The notes under the pieces were generated by a model. The model ran no database searches. It was not told the DNA's origin and saw only the letters and a program-made list of their open reading frames with translations. The position numbers and the translations under genes are program-made. Shown here piece by piece: positions 32,267 to 43,200 of a stretch of DNA of 64,000 nucleotides (position 1 is the first letter of the stretch; every line of letters begins with the position of its first letter). The stretch lies in contig CBFHOE010000005.1 in NCBI GenBank assembly GCA_965657355.1, forward strand, positions 64,001-128,000, in the 5' to 3' direction. This DNA is from Limisphaerales bacterium. GTDB lineage: Bacteria; Verrucomicrobiota; Verrucomicrobiia; Limisphaerales; JAJOIW01.

Positions 32267-32423
32267 TCAGTTTTTTTGGGGTTACTAGAGGATGCACCCC
32301 GACCTAGATTCTATCAAGAGCTGAGGTAAAAAATTTTCTTTTGCCAACCGAAAATAAAGAGGGGTATTTTTGCTGATAGGAAATTGCTTTGGCGAACCTT
32401 AGGGCGCTGGCGGGGGTTTAAGA

Positions 32424-32837
32424 ATGGACTTTGAAGCGAATGCTTGGAGCTGCTGGATAGATGAAATTCTTGTGATTGAAAACGAATTACTTTTTGAAGA
32501 AGGGGTCGCACAATCATTAGGAGATGTTAGCGCAATTTGGGCAGTAAAAGATTCTAGTGATCCAGGAGATAATTTTATGGTTTTCGATAACTATGAAATT
32601 CTAAAAATCAATACCTTAGCCGAAGAGCCCGTTCTTCAGGTCAATATTGTTCGAAGAGAATCGGGTGCTCTTTTATTAAAAGCGAATGCCAGCATTGAAT
32701 CCCAATGGATTATTCAAGGATCTGATGATTTAGAAAAATGGAATTTCCTTACAGATGTAGCCCTAACTCCAGATGGAAGTGAATGGCTTTTGAATCAAGA
32801 CCAAGAAAAAGGGTTTTGGAGGATCATTCCAAAATGA
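32424..32837 (+). pseudogene. 5'-truncated duplicate of the 30116..31075 gene
   Basis: The 137 aa are identical to the C-terminus of the 319-aa protein; the signal peptide is missing. Confidence 0.8.
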
Positions 32838-32945
32838 CTCTACCCTGGGTGTTCGGGTCAGTTGTTTTCTATTAAATTGGCCAACAAAAAACCACGCATT
32901 AATTCTTAATACGTGGCTTTTTATGCTTAAAAATGGAGAAGTTCG

Positions 32946-34028
32946 TCAGCAAATGTGAGCACCCTGAGTTTCCACGTATACAGAGTATAATGACTGACTT
33001 GCTGTCATAAATAATCGATTACGTTTAGGCCCTCCAAAACAAACATTGGAGCAAATCTCAGGCAGTAGAATCTGCCCTATCAGATCCCCTTCAGGGGCAA
33101 ATACCAAGACACCATCAAATCCATGACCGGCCCATCCGGCGCTTGCCCAAATGTTTCCATCTATATCGGCCCGGATACCGTCAGAGCCGCCCTTTATTCC
33201 ATTAACCTCCATCTTACAAAATGAGCGACCATTCTTGAGTGTATTTGAATCAACAACATCCCATACCCAAATAGGCTTCGGGGCGGGAGCACCAGTATCA
33301 GCGACATAAAGTTTGGTATAATCAGGCGAGAAACAAAGCCCATTCGGCTTAACTAGCTCATCTGTGACTTTTTGTATTTTACCGTCTTTCGGGTCTATAC
33401 GATAAACAGCTTCTTTCAATAGAAGGGGCCCTTTGTTGCCCTCATAGTTCATCATGGAGCCGTAACCAGGATCAGTGAACCAAATACCACCGTCAGGATG
33501 GACGACAGCATCGTTCGGGGCATTGAATGGTTTGCCGTTGTAGTGACTAGCGAGGACGGTCACTGAGCCGTCGTATTCGTAACGAACGACACGCCTATTA
33601 CCGTGCTCGCATGATATTTGCCTCCCTTGAAAATCAAAAGTATTTCCATTCGAATTGCCCGATGGGGCTCGAAAAACGGAAACTGAGTTATTTTCATTGA
33701 GCCACCTGCGCTGGTTATTTGATGGAATATCCGAATATACCAAGTAGCGCCCTACCCCATTCCATGCAGGCCCCTCTGCCCAAAGCATTCCAGTATCGAT
33801 TCTTTGAATAGCTGTATTACCTAGTTTGTATTTACTAAACCTTTGATCATGAATGATGATATCAGGATCTGGGTAACGTACGGGGTTTTTTCCAGTCCAA
33901 TCTCTATTTGTCTGGCCGCTCAAATTAATACAACTTAGTGCGCCAAGACCAAATACCGTCTTTCCTAAAAAGCTTCTACGATTGGCTTGATTTTCTGAAT
34001 TCACTTTACTCATGTGTGCTCTTTCCAT
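32946..34028 (-). CDS. SMP-30/gluconolactonase family protein with Tat signal (copy 2)
   Basis: Protein identical to 31184..32266. Confidence 0.88.
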   Translation of the reverse strand: MERAHMSKVNSENQANRRSFLGKTVFGLGALSCINLSGQTNRDWTGKNPVRYPDPDIIIHDQRFSKYKLGNTAIQRIDTGMLWAEGPAWNGVGRYLVYSDIPSNNQRRWLNENNSVSVFRAPSGNSNGNTFDFQGRQISCEHGNRRVVRYEYDGSVTVLASHYNGKPFNAPNDAVVHPDGGIWFTDPGYGSMMNYEGNKGPLLLKEAVYRIDPKDGKIQKVTDELVKPNGLCFSPDYTKLYVADTGAPAPKPIWVWDVVDSNTLKNGRSFCKMEVNGIKGGSDGIRADIDGNIWASAGWAGHGFDGVLVFAPEGDLIGQILLPEICSNVCFGGPKRNRLFMTASQSLYSVYVETQGAHIC

Positions 34029-34143
34029 TCAGTTTTTTTGGGGTTACTAGAGGATGCACCCCGACCTAGATTCTATCAAGAGCTGAGGTAAAAAATTTTC
34101 TTTTGCGAACCGAAAATTTAGAGGGGTATTTTTACCCGTAGAT

Positions 34144-35334
34144 CTAAAATTTTCTTTTTGGAAAGCTCAAAACAGTTGGCTGTTTGAAAGCAGGCTGGGG
34201 TGTCTTAGGCGTTGAATTTAAATCAAAACCTCCTGATTGACCAATGACAGCTGAGGGAGGATTTTTTAAATTCAAATTTAAAGTAGGAACATATCCAATA
34301 CCACTGACGCCAATATTATCAATGCCGTTGCTAGGAGTTTCCACAGTGGGGTTTGCCCCAAGAGATGAGGGACCAGCTATTTTGCTGGATTCATCACTAG
34401 CTGTGTTGATACTACTAGATGCTCCTCTGAGATTAGAGGAAAAATTAAGAGAAAGAGAGCTTCTAGACCTGGAGCTTCTCATGGTTTGTAGATCACCGTC
34501 GATAATGTCGGAAAGACTTTTAGAGGTCACACTGACGGATCGTCCGCTATCGAGTTTCCGACTGGAGCTGGACAAAATGGAGGAAACACTACTGGAAACT
34601 GGTTTGATCGATTCACTAGAAAGGCTGGTATTAAGAGATCCGTTACTTCTATTCATTAATTTTTGCCACTCTGATTGATTATCCAATGCTTTCTTGGATT
34701 TATTTCCAGCCGGTTTTTGCCCGAGGCCTGAAAATTGTTTGTTTTGTTCGGATTCTTCGATGTCATTTTCAGAATTTTTGTCGTCATCTTTGCCGTTGTC
34801 TGACAAGTCGTCATCTTTAGCCTTGGCATTGTCGTTCGCGAGGTAGCGTATCAGGATGGAGTCCTCGGTGTCTGAATTAGAGTCTTTGATGCCAAGATCG
34901 TCTGGATCTCTATTCATAGACTCAAGGTCTAAAATATCATCGTTTTTGGAAGCTACCCAATTAGAGTCGGATTCTATTTTTTCATAGTCTTCTTTCTCCG
35001 CAAAAATCCAACTATTATTGAGCTCCGCTTTTCTTTTTAATTTGTCGGAGGTTTTTTTATTCATTACAGGCTCCATAAACCCATGAGCAACGATGGCATC
35101 AGCGCCACCAATTTGCGAACCTTGATTCCTGGACATTCTCTCAATTCTCTCGAGCAATTTGGATAGCTTTGAGGCGTCGATAGACCGCTCAAAAATGGGA
35201 ACGCTATGACTTGGTCGGGATGGCGGAGTATAAATTATTTTTTCACCCGCATCTATGGTGGAAGGCGCCACAAAGAACAGCGATGTTGTCATCATAAACA
35301 TCGTTAAGTTGAGTCGATGGAAAAGTGCCGCCAT
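34144..35334 (-). CDS. secreted low-complexity hypothetical protein
   Basis: Signal-like N-terminus, Asp-rich middle, Ser-rich C-half, ends PKRKF. Confidence 0.7.
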   Translation of the reverse strand: MAALFHRLNLTMFMMTTSLFFVAPSTIDAGEKIIYTPPSRPSHSVPIFERSIDASKLSKLLERIERMSRNQGSQIGGADAIVAHGFMEPVMNKKTSDKLKRKAELNNSWIFAEKEDYEKIESDSNWVASKNDDILDLESMNRDPDDLGIKDSNSDTEDSILIRYLANDNAKAKDDDLSDNGKDDDKNSENDIEESEQNKQFSGLGQKPAGNKSKKALDNQSEWQKLMNRSNGSLNTSLSSESIKPVSSSVSSILSSSSRKLDSGRSVSVTSKSLSDIIDGDLQTMRSSRSRSSLSLNFSSNLRGASSSINTASDESSKIAGPSSLGANPTVETPSNGIDNIGVSGIGYVPTLNLNLKNPPSAVIGQSGGFDLNSTPKTPQPAFKQPTVLSFPKRKF

Positions 35335-35472
35335 GAGGTAATAATCTATTCACAAAGGATCTATTGGTCAATATCAGTAGTTCTACATTTCGTAGGTAAA
35401 ATGAAGTCCATACTTCGTCGGAATCGAATGAATCTTGTTTCTTTTGTGGCAAATGTGAAGTAAAAGAGAAAA

Positions 35473-36936
35473 ATGTTCCAATTTGAGACAAAAGAATCAA
35501 AGGCATCTAGGTTTTTACCTGGGCTCATATTTCTTTCATTTTTTTTCACCTTGGGGAACGTCATTGGAGGGAAACCGAATATTATCTATTTTCTTTCTGA
35601 CGATCACCGAGCCGATTTCTTGGGTTGTGCCGGTCATGCAGTTGTAAAAACTCCCATTTTGGATGGCTTGGCATTGGAAGGAACTCGATTCGAGAATTCA
35701 TTTGTAACGACCTCGATATGTGCCGCAAGCAGGGCTTCAATTTTAACGGGTTTGTACGAAAGAACACACAAATTCACATTCGGGACTCCGCCTATTGCCA
35801 AAAAATTTATCGTCCAAAGTTATCCTGCAATTCTAAAAAAGAATGGCTACAAAACTGGCTTTGTTGGCAAATATGGTGTGAGTGCAGACCAGAACGAAAT
35901 GTTCGACTATTTTAAACCTTTGAACAGGGCTCCTTATTTTAAAAAACAGCCGGACGGAACGAAAAGACATGTCACGGAGATTGCTGGAGATAAAGCGATT
36001 GAATTCTTGGGAACACTCTCACCAGGTGAAAATTTCTGCTTATCGGTAAGCTTCAATGCCGCTCATGCAGAAGATGGGGATAAAAAAGATCACTTTCCGT
36101 GGCCGAAAGCGGAAGACGGTCTTTACGAATCAGTAAAAATAAAGGCACCGATAAATTCCGATCCAGAGATATACGAGAATCATCCTGATTTTTTAAAGAA
36201 TTCCTTTAATAGAGTGAGGTATTATTGGAGATGGGATACGGAGGAAAAATACCAAAGAAATGTGAAAGCCTATTATCGGATGATAACTGGCCTTGACCGG
36301 GTGATTGGACGCGTATTGAAAAAATTGAATGAATTGGGTCTAAAAGATAATACCATTATTATTTTTAGCGGTGACAACGGTTATTACAAGGGGGCTCGAG
36401 GCTTTGCTGGCAAATGGTCGCATTACGAGGAAAGTCTCCGGGTTCCATTAATTGTTTTTGATCCAACAAATAGCAATGAGATCGCCAAGGGACAAGTGGC
36501 TGATCAGATGGCTCTCAATATTGATATTCCTGCAACTATTCTTGACTATGCCCAAATTCAACCTCCGATTCATTACCAGGGAAGATCTCTGAAACCAATT
36601 GTTCGCGGTAAAAAAGTCCATTCATGGAGAAAGGAGTTTTTTTGCGAGCACCTCATGAACAATCCCAATATTCCCAAATGGGAGGGCTTGAGACATCAAA
36701 GATTCGTTTACGCTAACTACTTTCAACAAAAAGAATCAGAGTCAGAATTTCTTCACGACTTGTTCAATGATCCCAAGCAATTGAGGAACCTTGTTCATGA
36801 CGCAAAATACAAGCACGTGCTCGAGCACTTTAGAAATAAAACGCTAGCTTTTCGAGACACTATTGGCGGGGAGTATTCACTTGAAAACATACCAACCAGA
36901 GCTTATCTGCGGTCGAAAAAAAACCAAGAAAAGTAA
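35473..36936 (+). CDS. secreted sulfatase (family S1, CxAxR variant)
   Basis: KPNIIYFLSDDHR, ICAASRASILTG, GK, GDNG, GKW..YEESLRVP. Confidence 0.92.
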   Translation: MFQFETKESKASRFLPGLIFLSFFFTLGNVIGGKPNIIYFLSDDHRADFLGCAGHAVVKTPILDGLALEGTRFENSFVTTSICAASRASILTGLYERTHKFTFGTPPIAKKFIVQSYPAILKKNGYKTGFVGKYGVSADQNEMFDYFKPLNRAPYFKKQPDGTKRHVTEIAGDKAIEFLGTLSPGENFCLSVSFNAAHAEDGDKKDHFPWPKAEDGLYESVKIKAPINSDPEIYENHPDFLKNSFNRVRYYWRWDTEEKYQRNVKAYYRMITGLDRVIGRVLKKLNELGLKDNTIIIFSGDNGYYKGARGFAGKWSHYEESLRVPLIVFDPTNSNEIAKGQVADQMALNIDIPATILDYAQIQPPIHYQGRSLKPIVRGKKVHSWRKEFFCEHLMNNPNIPKWEGLRHQRFVYANYFQQKESESEFLHDLFNDPKQLRNLVHDAKYKHVLEHFRNKTLAFRDTIGGEYSLENIPTRAYLRSKKNQEK

Positions 36937-36954
36937 GACACTGACCTTTCTACA

Positions 36955-37968
36955 TTATAATCTATCCATAGCATCTAATACATTGGAAGAAAGAGTTGGA
37001 CCTGATTGGGTAGAACCCGATTCTGTCTTCCTTTGCTCCTGATAATCCGCTGGTATGTCTTCTGTGAGAATTTTAGCAAGTTGATCAGGTGATTTTAAAT
37101 AAGCTCCGCCGAGTGCCTCATACGCAGTTTTACGCTGAAGTTGTTTCTTGGCATTGCCGAACAGGGAAAAACTTGTAAAGAAATCAATGGCGTGCGGAGC
37201 ATCAAAGCAGTCAGTTTTTTCAGACTTAAAATTTTCTGGGCCATCGAATGTGAGCTGCTGGTTGAAGAACGATATTTCAAGCCCCTCTGCGGCGCTATAA
37301 TAGACGCTACCACCCAATTCGTTTACAAAAGCATGTTGTTGTTGTTTCAGCAGCCACGCCAGTCTGTATAGAAATAAAGGATCAAACATATGGCCGCAAG
37401 TAGTAACATTATAACCCAAATCGAGATATTTTTTGTGACGCCCTAATTGGACGTCTTTCCAATAGAGACAAATCGTTATGTCATAAAAAGGCCTAATTTG
37501 GCCTAATACAGTAAACCAATAGTCTTCTGGATAAAGTACCTTTAACTGGGTTGTGCTATGAGCCGGGAATACAATCACCCCATTAGCTTTTGGGAGAATC
37601 GAAGAACAATGATTATTTAAAGTTCTTGAAGCATACAAATATGGAGCACCGATAGGTATCATAGTTTTACCAGGTTTATAATCTCTGGCTTGAATTTTTG
37701 AATGGCACAAAATTGTATCAATCTTATGATCTTCTTCCACATGCCAACGCTTTCGACCCAAGTGTACCCCATGAGGCATTATTCTCTCAACAGGTTGAAT
37801 AATATCAACCCCACTAAAATATTTTAAGACATGACTATTTCCATAAAAGTGGTTGGGCTCAAAAGGATCAATATTTGGTACTGGAATATCTTTGGATAGC
37901 AGCTCGATTTGATTAGCATCCATTGAAGTAGAAAATCCATTTTTAAATATGTTACTATTTATATTCAT
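36955..37968 (-). CDS. hypothetical protein, possibly a surface-glycan-related GT-B-type transferase
   Basis: 337-aa AT-rich ORF with PHG, PIGAPY, VFPAHST, ICLYWKD and GHMFDPLFL motifs reminiscent of LPS/capsule-locus hypotheticals; the functional call is inference. Confidence 0.6.
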   Translation of the reverse strand: MNINSNIFKNGFSTSMDANQIELLSKDIPVPNIDPFEPNHFYGNSHVLKYFSGVDIIQPVERIMPHGVHLGRKRWHVEEDHKIDTILCHSKIQARDYKPGKTMIPIGAPYLYASRTLNNHCSSILPKANGVIVFPAHSTTQLKVLYPEDYWFTVLGQIRPFYDITICLYWKDVQLGRHKKYLDLGYNVTTCGHMFDPLFLYRLAWLLKQQQHAFVNELGGSVYYSAAEGLEISFFNQQLTFDGPENFKSEKTDCFDAPHAIDFFTSFSLFGNAKKQLQRKTAYEALGGAYLKSPDQLAKILTEDIPADYQEQRKTESGSTQSGPTLSSNVLDAMDRL

Positions 37969-38084
37969 AATTATTAATTTTTCCTTAGTTCACTCTTATT
38001 CGCATTCTAAAGAGCGCCCAACACTTCCAGTGCTTGCACTAAATCTCTAACTGGTCAGGTAGGGATTTATAAAAAGCTGACTAT

Positions 38085-38930
38085 TTATTAATTGTATTAG
38101 AACCGTCGAGCATGTCTATGATTTTCATACTATTTCGCATAATATCTATATGGCGATTACGATCCAGAGCCAGCCCTTAGCGTGATAAAAACCCTGACCT
38201 TTTTATCTACCTCCACTTGGCAGCTCTGCCTCCAGCGCCTCAAGCATAAATTTCAAATGTTCAAAAGAATCCCTGAGAGCGCGTTAAAATGTCATCTCTA
38301 AGTCATCATTGGCTGAATGGTATTCTATGAGCGTGTGTTTTTGGGGTCCCCATGGATGGAATCAAGAATAGGGTAGCATTGGCATCCGAAACTTGGGCCA
38401 TTAAACTGGCGCACATCATTTCCGACTATCCCTCGGTAATTTGGAACCCAGCCAGTTTGATCAAAATCCCGGAAAGATTCTTCGAACACTTGGTTAACAA
38501 AAGAGTCTCCTAGATAGGATCTCTGTAGTGCTGGACGCTGGTTCAGACCGGTCCTCTTGAGAATAACACCGCTAATAATATTATGTATTTTATCTAGATT
38601 ATTGCTAAGTCAACAAATAGAGCTTATCGCTTTAGTTACCATTAATAGGCGATAACACCACTTTCTATTTTACAAACAAGAAAGCCATCGCGTCAGAACT
38701 AAACCAATTACAACGCCACTCATGCCACCATTAAATTGATAAGCATAATATAGATATGAGCTTAAATTAATTTCCTTTTTCAACTGACCTGGAAGACACA
38801 ATTCACCTACTTTTTAAGATCCCTCATAAAAATAAACCTGTAATTTTGTGGTTCGATTTTTTCCAACGGCTATTAACCTGACCCAAATTTCTATCATGGA
38901 GGATTGTGATAAAAAGGAATGGAGATTCGT
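38085..38930 (-). pseudogene. decayed DUF4910 (M28 aminopeptidase-like, winged-helix C-terminus) gene; may extend to ~39230
   Basis: Manual minus-strand translation: GS*KVGELCLPGQLKKEINLSSYLYYAYQFNGGMSGVVIG...*NRKWCYRLLMVTKAISSIC*LSNNLDKIHNIISGVILKRTGLNQRPALQRSYLGD...GIVGNDVRQFNGPS, frameshift, RMPMLPYS*...EYHSANDDLE...*RALRDSFEHLKFMLEALE, frameshift, KIIDMLDGSNTI. This matches my recollection of the DUF4910 motif order (LKVGE..PG, NDxLSG, YRF...ETIGS, GNDERQ, EYHS, DG..S). Confidence 0.7.
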
Positions 38931-39708
38931 TAAAGAGCAATTTGTTGACACCCACCTTTAACAGTAATTTGTCATTAAAAGTCATAAAAAATCTAATCGA
39001 TAGAAGTCGAATAGGATGCGGTATTCAATGGCTTTATAGAACTATTGACCACTCTCCTAATTGAAGGATTTTCAACAATACCCTCCCTCTTTTTTCAAAA
39101 ACTGACAGGAAACGTAAGCCATACTTCTGCGGCGTGAGCATCCACAACTTATCAGAAATCGATTAAGGACCGAAACCAATCGAATTAATCATGAAAGAGA
39201 TTTCATCCTGAGGAACACTATATACAGCAAAACTAAGCAGTCGGGTAACTGGACACTCTTATTTCGCCCAGGAAAGGTCTGAAATCTTCAGGAAGAAAAC
39301 CAAGTTGAGAAAGTGCTCTGAAAAACAATAATGTTAGTTTTGGCAATGACCAAGATTGAATGCTGGCATTATAGGGATTCTGGAATTGCCCAGGATTTCG
39401 GTTAATTTTAAACCAATTTGTTTTGATAAAGACTCTGCTGGTCCCAGATTTCGGCATCTTTTATCGTTTTGACAAATCATATCAACGCTTCAACATCATA
39501 AAGGAAGCAAATTTATTGCCAAACCCAGTAGATTCCAAAGATTTGAACAAAATAAACCAAAAAAACGCACCTTCCGCCATCTTATATCTAACATGAGATG
39601 GGTAATTTGTTCTTATAAAGAGATTGGAGGCAAAAAATACCGTTTTGCTGGGATGAGGGGCGGTAAGATATTTGGGCAACATTTGCAAGAATCAGATAAA
39701 CTGTTTGT

Positions 39709-40287
39709 ATGAAACATCAAGTTTTTGAAAGATTGAACACATTTTTAAAGAAAGCCCCCAAACTTAACGAGACATGTTACATCGCGCAGGGGGCCGTCGT
39801 CATAGGTGACGTTGAAATGGGCCCATACTCAAGCGTGTGGTTCAACTCCGTGGTCCGAGCCGATATTAATTTTATCAAAATAGGAGAGGGATCAAATATA
39901 CAAGATAACTCTGTAATACACCTGGCAGATGACTATCCATGTGTCATTGGCGATTACGTCACTGTTGGTCATTCTGCGATCATCCATGCCTGTAAAATCG
40001 GAAATAACTGTCTTATAGGTATGGGGGCAACAATTCTCGATGGAGCAGAAATTGGAGACGATTGCATTGTCGGAGCCAATGCATTGGTTACGGGCGGCAC
40101 CAAAATCCCTAACGGATCCATGGCATTAGGGGCACCGGCCAAAATTGTTCGTTCACTCAGCAAAAACGAAATTAAATCCATAAAACCCTGGGCAGAAAAA
40201 TATATTGCCAATTCTCAATATTATAAAAAAACCCCACCAAAACTTGCAAAATCTCACGACATTAGTGAGAGCTTAAAAAGCAAATAG
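39709..40287 (+). CDS. gamma-class carbonic anhydrase family protein (hexapeptide repeats)
   Basis: GDV..G..SSVW...V.RAD.N.I.IG..SNIQDNSVIH, VTVGHSAIIHAC (Zn-binding His). Confidence 0.92.
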   Translation: MKHQVFERLNTFLKKAPKLNETCYIAQGAVVIGDVEMGPYSSVWFNSVVRADINFIKIGEGSNIQDNSVIHLADDYPCVIGDYVTVGHSAIIHACKIGNNCLIGMGATILDGAEIGDDCIVGANALVTGGTKIPNGSMALGAPAKIVRSLSKNEIKSIKPWAEKYIANSQYYKKTPPKLAKSHDISESLKSK

Positions 40288-40294
40288 ACAGCAT

Positions 40295-43200
40295 ATGTTT
40301 ATGGTCTCGCGATTTAAACTAATTCTGGTGTTACTTCAAGTCGGGTGTTTAGGAATAGTCCCCTTGCAAGCATTGGATTTAACCCCGTGGCTACCGAAGG
40401 AAAAACCCATGGAGTTAAACAGTAATCTGGGTGTGAGTGTTGTTTCGGGACTTAAAATTTCTAAAGCACCATTAAAAAGCTGGGAAATCTCCAATGCAGT
40501 GGAGATGACAGTAGACTCATCACGAAATATTTTGATTTGTGGTCCAGGGTTCCTACATAAGCTCGAGGTGAAAAATGGAGAATATGGCCAAGCACAGAAA
40601 ACTGTTCCTTTCACAAATCTCGGAATGGACTATCGAGATATTGTCGCAGTAGGCGCGGATGTTTACGCGGGAACAAATCAAGGATTATGGCGTTTCACAG
40701 ATAATGACGGAGACGGCATTTCCGATGGCCACCCTAAACAGATTCAAAAATGGCAACTTAAAAAAAATCACCATTTAAAAATGATTTTATCTCATCACAG
40801 GGAAATCCTTATTTCTGGAGTGTGGGATTGGGTCGGAAGTTCAAAAAGCGCACAAAACGGTGGTAAAATATTGAGATATAACTTATCGACTAATGCGCTA
40901 TCAAATTACGCTGATGGGTTTCACAGTCCAACAGCTCTGGGACGAAATCTTTACGGAGATACTTTTTGTTATGACAAAGGCCAACTTGAAGGGCGTGGTT
41001 TACCAGAAATAATAGGCTCAAAATTTTATCATGTTTCTCCAAATGGATTCCACGGGTATTCAGAGATCTCTCATTTGGTCCATTATCAGACCGGCCATTA
41101 TCCAGAATCTGCTCCATATGCTCATTTCTCTGGTTTGAATGACTATACGGATTTCGAAGAATACAGGCATTACCATCTCCCTGTAGACTTTTTTTACGGA
41201 GGGTTGTTCGGTTGCGACTGGATGAGTGGAAAGCTTATTTATTTTCAACTTAATCCCATTAAATCGAGCTACATACCTCAATCGTTTATTGTAGCAGAGG
41301 CATATGAAAAAAATGGATGGTCACCAAGGTGCGTTTGCGTAACACCTGAGGGCAAACTCTTGGTTATTAGCTCAGGTTTATCCGGGCCCGGAGGTTTGTA
41401 TATCGTGCAATCGGTATTTCCGGCATCCACTCCCAATCCGAAAAGTGAAATCCAAGTTACGATTAACCAACCTCAACCATTTTCTTCATGGTCCTACAAG
41501 GAGTGGGGTCCGCTTGCTCATGCAATTGATGAAGAGGATTTTTTAGACATCCTTATCAAAACAAAGCCGACACTTCTTGAAAAACTGGCAGCTTTGGATT
41601 GCTTGATTGTAAAAGATTTCTCAATCAATGATGAATTATTCGACGAGCTTAAATTATTATTAAACGAGGAAGTGTTTGGATATTTGGCGCAAAGATTAAA
41701 TAGTAACAAGAAAAAAACCTCCCCTTATACCTGGATAAAAAACTTAATCTTCAGTCATTCGAATTTCAATATCAGAAAGTCTCTGGACGTATATCACCTA
41801 AACACAGATTGGCTGGCAAATAAGAATCATATTAACAGAATCATCGAGCTATGCTATAGCGAGGACGAGGGGATAAAGTATAGGGCGAGATCACTGATTC
41901 AATCAGTCAAAGCGAATAGAGTATCATACTTACTTAATGATTTTGATTCATTACCGCTTGCTTCCCAAGTCGTACTTTTCCAGAAATTCAGGCAGTATAA
42001 AAAGTTGGATAATGATGCATCCATGAAGGAGTTAACTCGGATAATCAATTCAACAAGAAATCTAGATATCTTAACAGGATGCCTCTCAGAAGTGTTTTAT
42101 AACCTTGAGCTGGATCGAGATGAGTTTTTCTTACTTAAGAAACCCAATAAAGTTCTCGGAGCCGAAATAAAAGAAGCAATAATTGAAAAATCTCTAGATC
42201 TCTATCCAACTTCAAGAACAAGTCTAAATATCGAGCTTTCACGATTAATGGCAATTATGGAAATCGAGGAAAACATTTTGGCCCAAAGGTTATTTAATCA
42301 AATTAACCCTGGGTTTTCATTTGCTAGAAACGTCCACTACCTAAGAGTCGCTCTGAATATCACAAATGCATCAGACATCCCAAGACGATTCAGAAAGAGG
42401 ATAGCACAAACAATCTTAAAAATTTCAAGGATGGGGGAAAATAAAAATGCATTAGTAAATAGTGTAAGGATCAAAAAAATTAGAAATCTTTTATCTAGAT
42501 GTTTCAAAAAATGGGATTGGTTAGAAAAGGAAGTGACCAAACTTCCAGGTTTTCCAACTTTTGAGGATGGCCTTGCTCTTCAATTCGTTAATCCTCCCAA
42601 CCTAAATGAGTATGTGAAAACAATTCTCGCTGAAATCAAAAGCCCATTACTTTTTGATTTTGATAAGGAATTCGTTAGAGCCCTGACAAAATCTCAATTA
42701 CCGAATAAGATAACCACGATCGGGCAACTCTGGAACAAACTTAATTTACGAAAACCCTTGTTGGAACATCTAAGTAGCCGACCAGAAAAGGACTATTTAA
42801 ATGCTTTTATAGAAAGCTTGGACAGTGGCGAACCGGAGTGTCAAAAGCTTGCACTCACAGGAATTACCAATATCTCTCCTCAACCTAATCTCGCTGTTTC
42901 TCAACTAGCAATACTCGTAAGATCAGCTTCGCGAGAGACGACTCCATTGACAAAGAATTTAAAAGAGAAAATTTGGAATTATTTCATCATGCAAGTTCCA
43001 GATGAGAACGAATTTAAAGTTAATTATGAAGGCGTTGTAAACCTACCCAACGATGAATTCAAAAATAAATTAGTGAATGCATTTATTACCGCTTACCCCA
43101 ATGATGAGAAATTTCTCGGACTGGACCCGAATGATGACCCGAAGGCCTGGAAAGAAAAAATGAAATCATCAGATTGGGAATCAGGTGACCCAGAGTTGGG

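Larger units (their letters stand above)
30657..32371. repeat. tandem duplication, copy 1 (~1.7 kb)
   Basis: Near-identical to 32419..34133 at a constant offset of 1762 nt. Confidence 0.95.
32419..34133. repeat. tandem duplication, copy 2 (~1.7 kb)
   Basis: Near-identical to 30657..32371. Confidence 0.95.

Noticed and set aside
30657..34133. Duplication as a mobile element
   Set aside because: No transposase, terminal inverted repeats or target-site duplication.
39482..39688. 68-aa minus-strand ORF upstream of the gamma-CA gene
   Set aside because: No motif, and it sits in the presumed promoter region of the gamma-CA gene.
37969..39708. Long ORF-poor region as a possible CRISPR array, origin or large ncRNA
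   Set aside because: I saw no regularly spaced repeats or DnaA-box cluster; most of it is explained by the decayed DUF4910-like gene.
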